A stretch of 64,000 nucleotides of DNA, from positions 32,147 to 96,146 of the forward strand of contig CAXHJY010001184.1 in the NCBI GenBank assembly GCA_964016885.1, given 5' to 3'. This document shows, piece after piece, positions 53,072 through 64,000 of the stretch (position 1 is its first letter; each line of letters starts with the position of its first letter). The position numbers and the translations under genes are program-made. Below the pieces are notes generated by a model, which did not search any database, was not told where the DNA came from, and worked only from the letters and a program-made list of their open reading frames with translations. The stretch comes from Eledone cirrhosa (taxonomy: Eukaryota).

Positions 53072-53680
53072 TGTCAGGTCACCAGTTGGTGCTACTGGTA
53101 ACATGTATCCCAGTACAACCTGTCTCATGGTTGGGTCGTTGGCGACTAAACTGGCAACCCCACCAAGGTTTCTTGGTGAGGAGGGTGACTTTGGACATCC
53201 TACAGGACTAAAAACAAAACCTGTCAAAGGGCAAAGGAGCTCTTAAGAGTCAATGGCCATCCAAAATCACCGGGAGAGATGACCCCTTAGCCTTTGTCAA
53301 GGCAGAGTTCTAGGAGAACGAAAACTCTGATATAACACCTGCAACCCTGATGGTATCCAATGATGTTGACTTGTTCTTCTTTTTGGTAAATATCATCTTG
53401 GTTAAGAGAGTGGAACTGGCTTTGTGCAGTGCCTTTGCTCACTATAAAAGCTTCACGGCACAGGCATTGCTTTATATCTGGAGATCTCTCTGCACTTGTC
53501 GTCACATGGTTCCATGGGCCCAGCACTATGTGTCAATAATTGTCACAAGTGTAGTGTTTGTACCAGAGTTTTCAAGTTGCTGGCCAGACTAAAAAGTCAC
53601 ACTCGTTCAGTGCATCGGTTGGGTTTCTCCTACATGGATATAAAGTAGTGGCCGTACTCGAAAACGAGTTGGCAGCCACC
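53072..53680 (+). mobile_element. Retroposon family B, longest copy (~610 bp)
   Basis: Contains the sequence of all four shorter copies; ATGT/ATCT tail; no Pol III box recognised. Confidence 0.85.
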
Positions 53681-54274
53681 ATGTATGTATCTATCTATCT
53701 ATCTATCTATGTATGTATGTACTTCTGGTTTTATAATTTCACAAAGTTTTACCAATAGAGAGAGAGTCGGTTTCTAACATAGATACAAGACTCTCTCATT
53801 GGAATTTACACAACATCAACTAGGTAGATATGTATGTATGCATGCATGTGTAGATATGGATGTTATTGTATGTGTGGATGTGGATGTTTTGAGTTGTATG
53901 TGTGCATGTGTATATGCTTTGTATCTGTATATGTGCATATGCAGTTATTAAATGCAAAATTTTTTGAATGTTTTACATATTTTTACTGTTCCATTAATGG
54001 ATTGTACTTGTAATTTCCTAACTAGTTGTGTTCTTTCTGTTACTGTGAAGCCTAGCTTCTCAAGATTTGTATTTAGGCAGTTACTAACATATCCCAGTAT
54101 GTATGTATATATATACAAGGGTCAGCTGAAAAATTCATAGATTGACTATGAAAGAGTGATTCTAGGGCTCTGAAATCTTTCATGCATTAATTTCAACTAT
54201 GCTTATTAATAACTGCATTGTTCGCTATAGATTGAAAGTTTCTACCTACAGAAAAAAATCAATACAGTATATAA

Positions 54275-54656
54275 TAATTGTGTCTACTTTTGGCACAAGG
54301 CCAGCAATTACACAGTGTATTACTGGTACTTTATTTTATCGACCCCGTAAGGATGAAAGGCAAAGTTAACCTTGCCGGGATTTGAACTCAGAATGGCAAG
54401 GGCCGTAACTCTATGCGTCAAAGCATGGCGTCCGACCCTACTGATACTGCCAATCCACAGTATATAATAATTGTTTCTACTTTAGGCACAAGGCCAGCAA
54501 TTACCCAGTTCATTACTGGTACTTTATTTTATCGACCCCGTAAGGATGAAAGGCAAAGTCAACCTCGGCGGGATTTGAACTCAGATTATAAAGGGAGTTA
54601 ACTATGCTGGAAAGCATGGCGTCCGACCCTCTACCGATACTGCCAATCCACCACCC
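54275..54656 (-). mobile_element. Two tandem tRNA-derived SINEs
   Basis: Two units with tcgaccccgtaaggatgaaaggcaaag and gggatttgaactc. Confidence 0.85.
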
Positions 54657-54658
54657 TT

Positions 54659-55021
54659 AGTCGTTGGCAACTAAACTGGCAACCCCACCAAGGTTTCTTG
54701 GTGAGGAGGGTGACAGGACATGCTACAGGACTAAAACCAAAACCTATCAAAGGGCAAAGGAGCTCTTCAGAGTCAATGGCCATCCAAAATCACCGAGAGA
54801 GATGACCCCTTTGCCTTTGTCAAGGCAGAATTCTAGGAGAAGGAAAACTCTGATATAACACCTGCAACCCTGATGGTATCCAATGATGTTGACTTGTTCT
54901 TCTTTTTGGTAAATATCATCTTGGTTAAGAGAGTGGGACTGGCTTTGTGCAGTGCCTTTGCTCACTATAAAAGCTTCACGGCACAGGCATTGCTTTATAT
55001 CTGGATATCTCTCTGCACTTG
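54659..55021 (+). mobile_element. Retroposon family B, truncated at both ends
   Basis: Matches ~53135-53500. Confidence 0.85.
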
Positions 55022-55399
55022 TATATAATAATGCAGTCATATCAGTGTATATTTTACTATATGAACTCACATAATAGTAATATTCAATGTAAATTTTATT
55101 AACCAATTTTCCATTAGATATGTTCATAATAACGTCTATGTAAAGATTCAAATTATTTCACTCTTAATCAAGTATATTTTAAGACATATGAAGGTAGGCT
55201 GACAAGTTCATATGCTGACTATGAAGGAGTTTTGCTAGAGCTAGGAAATCTTGCATGCATTAATTTCAACTCTTGTTAATAACTGCAGTGTTTCTTACTA
55301 GGGACTATGTGAAAAATAAACCTCATTTAGTTATTCCATGAGAGTATTTTTGTCAACCTGGGAAATTTTCAGCCTATGAACTGTTTAAGTGACCTTTGT

Positions 55400-55610
55400 A
55401 AGTAAATTTATTCTTTACAAATACAACATTCACTTGAAGGCTCATCATGCATTTACAAAGAGCAATTACAACACAACACACTACACTTCACAACACAAAA
55501 TGAAATTAGATAGGCAAACATTAACAGACAATACATCTATATTATACAGAATCTTGAACAAAAATAGGTGATACATTAAGGAAATAATACTTATGTCACA
55601 ATTTGGTACA
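55400..55610 (+). pseudogene. Decayed Penelope-like endonuclease C-terminal remnant
   Basis: TNTTFT*RLIMHLQ then KLDRQTLTDNTSILY, resembling the segment after YIG. Confidence 0.5.
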
Positions 55611-56390
55611 AAAATCAATATACAGTAGGTACCAACCACACAAACAACATACACACATGTCACATGAACATATGACTTGTGATATGTGAGTCTAATGGTT
55701 ATGTTTAAGATTTGAAATTTACTAGGAAGATCTTAAAATGATGGCAAAGCCTGAACTGCATCTAACTACTTAAATCACATATGCTCTGTAATAAAAGAGA
55801 CAGTAAAAATAAACCAACAACACTACTGAAGATGAAACTGTAAGTATATGGAATCTCATCTAATCTCAATTACATAATCCCAACAAGATCTTTGCTCACC
55901 TCATGTCCACAAAACCCTTCTACTTCTTTCTGACTAGAGAAATCCTTTCCAGTGCCCTCTCGAATTTGAACCCAGGAGCACTGTGTACGATGAAGCCAGA
56001 ACTGCATATAACTACATAAAATACATATATATGTCTATAATAAAATTGTAGTACAAATATACGAAAAACATTCTTGAAGATGAAACTGTAAGGGTCTGGA
56101 AACATTGAATCTAGGAAATTTGTTGTTTTAAACAAACTGTGGAGGCCTTATTAGAAAATATAAAAAGATTCTAACAGAGAAATTGAAACTGGAATATAGT
56201 TATGTCTTCAACAACACAGGTATAAAAGAATAGCTGTTCTCATACATACAAGAAAATATACATATGTACACAAATATTTAAATTTATATATAAATATATA
56301 TATATATATGAATACCTATCATACCTATATGCATATACACGCACACAATCATATATACATACATGCATGCATAGATATCATCATTATTTG

Positions 56391-56422
<32 letters not shown>

Positions 56423-56809
56423 TGTATGTATGTATGTATGTATGTATGTATGTATGTATGTATGTATGAACAAGAGTGAGTAATTCACTTAGCACAGTGA
56501 ATGCTGAAGCTGAAATAAGCAACTTCCCACTTCATAGTTTTGCCAACTCAAAATTAATTAGAAATTTGAAATCTTATAATTAAATTTATTCTCTCTCTGC
56601 TGTCCTTGTGTATTGTGAGATTGTCTTAGTGTTGGCTGATGACTATCATGTTAATGTGAAAATATTACATTTCTATAAAGGAAGAGCATGTATTTCTTTC
56701 ATTATAGATGGAATCTTTCAGATCTAATTGCTTGTGGAAATATTTTATATATATTATATTATCTATATATATATATATAATTCATATATTTTATATGCAT
56801 GTATGTGCT

Positions 56810-56853
<44 letters not shown>

Positions 56854-57551
56854 CACACACATTTATACACACACATATATCTATATATATATATGTTTTT
56901 CTGTGTAAATGTGTAAATATACGTAAACGTGCACTCACTGACACACACAAATGCACACTCACATACAGACACATGTACACAGTTACATAATATACACACA
57001 TACATAGCCATATCTATAAGTGTATGTTTTGTTGTTTTTATATCAGCTTATAGAAATAAGAATATTTATGTAAAATCTGAACACAGCTTGCTTCCTGATA
57101 TACATTTCTGGCATGTTTTAAAATTCCTCTTACATAGATTTAAAATTAAAATAGTAAAGTATTTTTCTTTTTCCTCTCATTAATTGCAATGTTATTTAAA
57201 TGAAGTTTTATGTATTTTATTTAAACTTCAATTATTTTTTTTTCTCTGAATTCTAACATATCTTACTGAATATGTTACTATGTTACTATATATGTATATA
57301 TATATCACACACGTGCGTACCACAACATATTTACACACTCAGCCTCCGGAATCCTCACACCCCTCTGACCCCTCCCCATCCACACACACACACCGACATA
57401 CACCCCACCCCACGTACATTTTCCTGAACATGCAACCCCGTTCTTCCTCCAACTCTCCCATTCACATACACACAGACACACACACACACACGTACACCTA
57501 CACACACGCTTCCCTCTCCCCACTCCACCGGCCCACACTTGTTTAACTTCA

Positions 57552-57881
57552 TTCATCATCATTTCATTTTACGTCCACTTTTCCCTGCTTGCAAGGGTGG
57601 GACGGGAACTGATTCTGGCTTGATTTCTACAGCTGGATGCCCTTCCTAACACCAACCTCATTTACAGTGAGTGCTGGGTGCTTTTTTGCCGTGGCGCCTC
57701 CACGACCACCTTGCAGTGGAATGATATGGACCCCAGTCCCTATCATCTCATTTCTACAGCTGAGTAAACTGGAGCAATGTGAAATAAAGTGTCTTGCTCA
57801 AGGAAACAACACATCTGAGAATTGAACTCACAACCTTTCGATTGCAAGGCCAATGCTCTAACCACTAAGCCATCTGCCTCC
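57552..57881 (-). mobile_element. Full-length tRNA-derived SINE with RTE-derived modules
   Basis: Head GGAGGC..TGGCTTAGTGG (A box)..GAGTTCAATTC (B box); 3' end shared with RTE family B. Confidence 0.9.
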
Positions 57882-57938
57882 ATGTTTATTTTTATTATGC
57901 TTTTATATTTATATTCATGTGTACCGTTTCCTTTCAAT

Positions 57939-58716
57939 GACACTACGGCTTAATACGGGATATTTGCTTACAAACACACCGAGCATTATAATAAATGTTC
58001 GGTGAATCCATACGTACATATATATAAATGTGTGCATGTATGTATATATATATACACACTACTGTACGTCTGTATACATATATGTATGTACGTGTACATA
58101 CTTATATTTAAGTAACAGCCGTATTATAATAAATGTTCGGTGAATCCATACGTACATATATATAAATGTGTGCATGTATGTATATATATATACACACTAC
58201 TGTACGTCTGTATACATATATGTATGTACGTGTACATACTTATATTTAAGTAACAGCCGTACTAAGAGTGGGAAATGAAATTTCGTTTCATTTTTTCCGT
58301 TTATCGTTTTCGGTGCACCCGGCTGATTAACTCACTCGATATGCAAATTGGGCTACTCAGCCGTTAATATGCATAAGGTAAGTATATACATTCAACAATC
58401 TGGCAGGAAGGTTGCTGACGATAGCTAATAAGCTTCAAACTAGTACAGCGTTCCTTTGTCAGTGTTAAACAAACGAGCAACGATGGTTGCTGGACACTAC
58501 GGCCTAATATGGGATGTTTGTTTACAAACACACCGAGCATTATAATAAATATTCGGTGAATCTATACGTACATATATATATGTGTGCATGTATGTATATA
58601 TATATACATACTACTGTACGTCTGTATTCATATATGTATGTACGTGTACATACTTATATTTAAGTAACAGCCGTACTAAGAGGGGGAAATGAAATTTCGT
58701 TCCATTTTTCTCCATT
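57939..58716 (+). mobile_element. Partial tandem of the ~415-bp hammerhead-containing unit
   Basis: gacactacggc at 57939 and 58493; internal 138-bp duplication; hammerhead-like motif 58401-58461. Confidence 0.75.
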
Positions 58717-59160
58717 TATATATATATAAATATATATATATAAATATAAATATATATATATAAATAAATAAATATAAATATATATATATAAAAATATAAA
58801 TAAATAAATATAAATATATATATATAAATATATATATATATAAATATATATATATATAAATATATATATATATAAATATATATATATATAAATAAATATA
58901 TATAAATAAATATATATAAATATAAATAAATATATATAAATATAAATAAATATATATAAATATAAATATATATATATAAATATAAATATATATATATAAA
59001 TATAAATATATATATATAAATATAAATATATATATATAAATATAAATATAAATAAATATATATATATATAAATATAAATATAAATAAATATATATATATA
59101 TATAAATATAAATAAATATATATATATATATAAATATAAATAAATATATATATATATATA
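58716..59160. repeat. AT-only microsatellite (a similar tract at 61412-62056)
   Basis: (TA)n/(TAAA)n mosaic. Confidence 0.95.
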
Positions 59161-59192
59161 TATAAGAACAAAAGATGGTTAAAAGAGTTCCA

Positions 59193-59265
59193 TGTATTTT
59201 ATTATGCGCATTTCAAAAACAAATATCATCATGCAATAATATTTGTGTTTTCATCAGATAAAACA
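59193..59265 (-). ncRNA. Type I minimal hammerhead motif (left arm)
   Basis: Reverse complement of 61216-61288. Confidence 0.75.
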
Positions 59266-61215
59266 GGAAGACATGATATGAAGGTTAAAAAACACTTGTG
59301 GATAGTGCAGTTTTAAATCAACATATGAGATGTAGTTTTAGATTGATGTGTGATATTGGGAAAAATATTTTATTTTGAGGGGGTGGGGTGGAAAGGATGA
59401 AAAAGAGGAGGAGATGAGAGTAAAAAGTGGAGAGGGAGGAGTATAATGAGGAAGGATGAGATAGGAGGAGAGATGGGTGATAGAGAGAGAGAGATATATT
59501 TTATAACTGAGAAAGATATATTGTTTTACATAGAGAGGTTGAAAACTGTTGGAGGATAATGTATAAATTAAAAGAATTTGAAAATTAACGAAGAGAAAAA
59601 TAATGTAAAGTTAAGGTTTGTATATTGAGGGGTTTAATAATATGTGCGATGGAAAGAAAAAGTTAATATGTATTAAGAATGATATTTAAGGGTTTAATAA
59701 TATGTGCGATGGAAAGAAAAAGTTAATATGTATTAAGAATGATATTTAAGGGTTTAATAATATGTGCGATGGAAAGAAAATGTTGATATGTATTATTAAA
59801 AAGAACAACAAGTAATTTAAGTAAGGATATATTGTGAGATGAGCATGAATGAGTTAGATGAAAGGGAGAAAAGTATAATGAATTGAGGAGGAATAATCTT
59901 ACGTCAAAAAAATGTTTATGTTTACAACGGATTTTTACAAGGTGATATAGAGTAAGAATGTATTGTATTATGTAATAATTGATTCTATGTTAGGCAACAG
60001 TGAGAAAAGGTACAGATTAGGGGTTAGACATTAAAAGAAAAAGAGAAGAAAGAGAAGTTATAAATAGGAGCGATATAGAATGAGTAACAAGTATTATATA
60101 ATGTATAATAAAACCTTTGAAATAAGGTAGAAAGATGGGTATATTTTTAAAGAAGTGTATACATATATATGTGCCTTTGAGAAAAAGATTCTAAATTGAT
60201 AAAGATTTGGATATTAGCTGTATACTTTGTGGAATGTTTTGTGGTATACACAAAGTATACAGCTAATATCCAAATCTTTATCAATTTAGAATCTTTTTCT
60301 CAAAGGCACATATATATGTATACACTTCTTTAAAAATATACCCATCTTTCTACCTTATTTCAAAGGTTTTATTATACATTATATAATACTTGTTACTCAT
60401 TCTATATCGCTCCTATTTATCACTTCCCTTTCTTCTCTTTTTCTTTTAATGTCTAACCCCTAATCTGTACCTTTTCTCACTGTTGCCTAACATAGAATCA
60501 ATTATTACATAATACAATACATTCTTACTCTATATCACCTTGTAAAAATCCGTTGTAAACATAAACATTTTTTTGACGTAAGATTATTCCTCCTCAATTC
60601 ATTATACTTTTCTCCCTTTCATCTAACTCATTCATGCTCATCTCACAATATATCCTTACTTAAATTACCTGTTGTTCTTTTTAATAATACATATCAACAT
60701 TTTCTTTCCATCGCACATATTATTAAACCCTTAAATATCATTCTTAATACATATTAACTTTTTCTTTCCATCGCACGTGTTACTAAACCCTTAAATATTA
60801 TTCTTAATACATATTAACTTTTTCTTTTCATCGCACATATTATTAAACCCCTCAATATACAAACCTTAACTTTACATTATTTTTCTCTTCGTTAATTTTC
60901 AAATTCTTTTAATTTATACATTATCTTCCAACAGTTTTCAACCTCTCTATGTAAAACAATATATCTTTCTCGGTTATAAAAGCTATCTCTCTCTCTCTAT
61001 CACCCATCTCTCCTCCTATCTCATCCTTCCTCATTATACTCCTCCCTCTCCACTTTTTACTCTCATCTCCTCCTCTTTTTCATCCTTTCCACCCCACCCC
61101 CCTCAAAATAAAATATTTTTCCCAATATCACACATCAATCTAAAACTACTTCTCATATGTTGATTTAAAACTGCACTATCCACAAGTGTTTTTTAACCTT
61201 CATATCATGTCTTCC

Positions 61216-61288
61216 TGTTTTATCTGATGAAAACACAAATATTATTGCATGATGATATTTGTTTTTGAAATGCGCATAATAAAATACA
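61216..61288 (+). ncRNA. Type I minimal hammerhead motif (right arm)
   Basis: ttttat CTGATGA aaacacaaatattat tgc atgatgatatttgttttt GAAA tgcgca TA ataaaa; palindromic stem III TGCGCA; predicted cleavage after 61278. Confidence 0.78.
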
Positions 61289-61409
61289 TGGAACTCTTTT
61301 AACCATCTTTTGTTTTTATATATTATGTATACTCCAGTCCTACAAACTATAGAGTGCTGCTTATCCGATATCTGCATTGCTTTATTGTACTACAATAAAA
61401 CTCACCTCC

Positions 61410-61477
<68 letters not shown>

Positions 61478-61488
61478 TAAAAATAAAT

Positions 61489-61543
<55 letters not shown>

Positions 61544-61847
61544 ATATAAAAATAAATATATATATATATATATAAATATATATATAAATATAAAAATAAA
61601 TATATATATATTTATATATATATATATATAAATATATATATAAATATAAAAATAAATATATATATATAAATATATATATAAATATAAAAATAAATATATA
61701 TATATATATATAAAAATATATATATAAATATAAAAATAAATATATATATATATAAAAATAAATATATATATATATATATAAATATAAATATATAAATATA
61801 TATATATATAAATATAAATATATAAATATATATAAATATAACAATAA

Positions 61848-61880
<33 letters not shown>

Positions 61881-62007
61881 AAAATAAATATATATATATA
61901 TATATAAATATATAAATAAATATATATATAAATATACATATATAAATATATATATATATAAATATTTTTATAAATAAATATATATATAATTATAAATATA
62001 TAAATAA

Positions 62008-62059
<52 letters not shown>

Positions 62060-63196
62060 TATTAAGGATACTATTTATGGTTATGTATATACTAAAACCT
62101 TTTATATTTATATATTTTAAACCCTAAACAGTGAAAGACAGTAATTTATTACTACCTTATTACCAGTAAGATAAATAGCTCAATGTAATAACAACAGTTG
62201 TTCTACAGAGCAGTTATATAGAAATTACATGAATCAAAGTTCTGTTGAAATCATTTATTCGCTTACAATTGTTTCTTCCAAACCGAGGTTTGCAGTCTTC
62301 GGAGCAATTTTTCAATCATTGTTTACATACATGACCTCCTTTCCAACACAAGAGACATACAGAAACATATGTATATATTGATGCACAGTTTATAATATTA
62401 TAATATTTAAGCATGGCAATTTACATTCAAAGATTAAAGTCATATTAAAAGAAAATTACAACAAAATTAAAGTTATAATACAACATTGGCAGTTTACGAA
62501 GATGATGCAGGAGGATAGTTAGAAGTAGTTAGTGTATGCAATATTTACACATGGGGCATGCACTTGTATCCTATTTATATAAGATTATAGTGCGGTAAGG
62601 TGTTATATGGAATACAAGCACTTTAAGCGGGCAATCAAGAGTATTATGGGGGTTGTATAGTATTTTATATGTATGATATAGAAGCTTGTGTGCAGAGAAA
62701 TATTAAAAATATTAAGAATGAGAAGCAAAACAGTGTTATGGTTTTCGTATACAACACCATTTTCACAATCCAGGAAACGTAATATATAGATGATTCAATA
62801 TTGGATGCTTGATGAATTAGGTTGGAATATTACAGCTTGTTGTTCTTTAATCCAACATTATAGAGCAGATTGTTTTTGTTGCGACGCTTAACATCGTATT
62901 ATTTTCCGGAAGTGTGTGTGTGATTAAGGGGAGTTAATGCGTGAGGAGAAGTAACTAGCTGATTTCTATAACTAAAATTTATTATCCTAATGTGGTTATC
63001 CAAAGATGTGGGTTCGACTTCCATGTACGGCAACACTCATCTTTTTCCATTTCTATAAACCCCACTATCAGGCTAGAAATGTCAGTCTAAAATACGGTGA
63101 AAGCTTATAATTTCTAATTTTCAAACTTGCGCACCGTTTCAAAAAACATACTTACATGTTTACATTTATATATATATAAATATATATATATATAAA

Positions 63197-63530
63197 TCAT
63201 CATTTCATTTTACGTCCGCTTTTTCCTGCTTGCAAGGGTGGGATGGGAACTGATTCTGGCTTGATTTCTACAGCTGGATGCCCTTCCTAACACCAACCTC
63301 ATTTACAGTGAGTGCTGGGTGCTTTTTTTCCGTGGCACTTTCACAACCACTTTGCAGTGGAATGATAGGCACCCCAGTCCCTATCATCTCATTTCTACAG
63401 CTGAGTAAACTGGAGCAATGTGAAATAAAGTGTCATGCCCAAGGAAACAACACATCACCCGGTCTGAGAATTGAACTCACAACCTTTCGATTGCAAGGCC
63501 AATGCTCTAACCACTAAGCCATGTGCCTCC
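63197..63530 (-). mobile_element. Full-length tRNA-derived SINE with RTE-derived modules
   Basis: Same family as 57552-57881. Confidence 0.9.
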
Positions 63531-64000
63531 ATATATAAATATATATATATAAATATATATAAATATATATATATATATAAATATATATAAATAAATATAT
63601 ATAAATATATATATATATATATAAATATATATAAATATATATAAATATATATATAGCGGCGATGAATTAGTTTAGCGAGGTTTTTTTTATATGAAATCGT
63701 GTGTCGAAACAGATATTGTTATACTTGGGGAGGGTCATATTTGCGTAATATTGCCAGAATTAATAACAGAACACACTCACTGTTTGGTTGGTTTTCGCTT
63801 CTCGCTGTCTTTTATATCTGCGATCTAACTTACTAGGTCCTCAATGTTGCCATTGACTGACCGACGGTCAAAAATAATACAGATACAATATAGACACAAA
63901 CACATATATATAGTTTACATAATTTACATAAATCTTTCGTTGCACATCTGTATCATCGTCAGTGGTGTTATATTTTTTTTTCCCTCCTGTTGTGTTGTAT

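Larger units (their letters stand above)
59159..61322. repeat. 2.16-kb palindrome (~1.07-kb arms, 17-nt spacer 60232-60248)
   Basis: 59159-60231 is the reverse complement of 60249-61322 with scattered substitutions and a 1-bp indel; each arm has a 60-bp tandem repeat. Confidence 0.97.

Noticed and set aside
53105-53160. Possible HDV-like ribozyme at the retroposon 5' end
   Set aside because: No P1/P1.1 pseudoknot could be built by eye; only a three-way junction.
62100-63160. Non-repetitive stretch that might be coding or a transposon fragment
   Set aside because: No sustained ORF, termini or motif that I can support.
63460-63530. tRNA-Ala-like gene
   Set aside because: SINE head: no complementary acceptor stem and continuous with the SINE body.

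Overview
AT-rich, repeat-dominated eukaryotic DNA, most likely an octopus or other coleoid cephalopod (inferred from the protocadherin type and the SINE/RTE/microsatellite content). The only clear host gene is one large minus-strand protocadherin exon (signal peptide, 6 cadherin repeats, TM, partial cytoplasmic tail) with a splice acceptor and donor. The rest is transposon-derived: two RTE LINE families, several SINE families (one sharing 5'-UTR and 3' modules with a local RTE), a decayed DD37D transposase, MITEs, a non-autonomous Helitron, a probable solo LTR, Penelope-like RT and GIY-YIG remnants, and a ~7 kb GGT/GAT-derived minisatellite. Nearly all other ORFs are microsatellite or antisense artefacts. 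The most unusual signals are RNA-structural: several Penelope/retrozyme-type hammerhead motifs (one intact core on the protocadherin sense strand), a 2.16 kb palindrome with a hammerhead near each outer end, a 56-bp hairpin whose 17 non-Watson-Crick pairs are all G-U on one strand, and inverted SINE/LINE pairs bracketing the protocadherin exon. All structures were paired by eye; no folding or database search was run.
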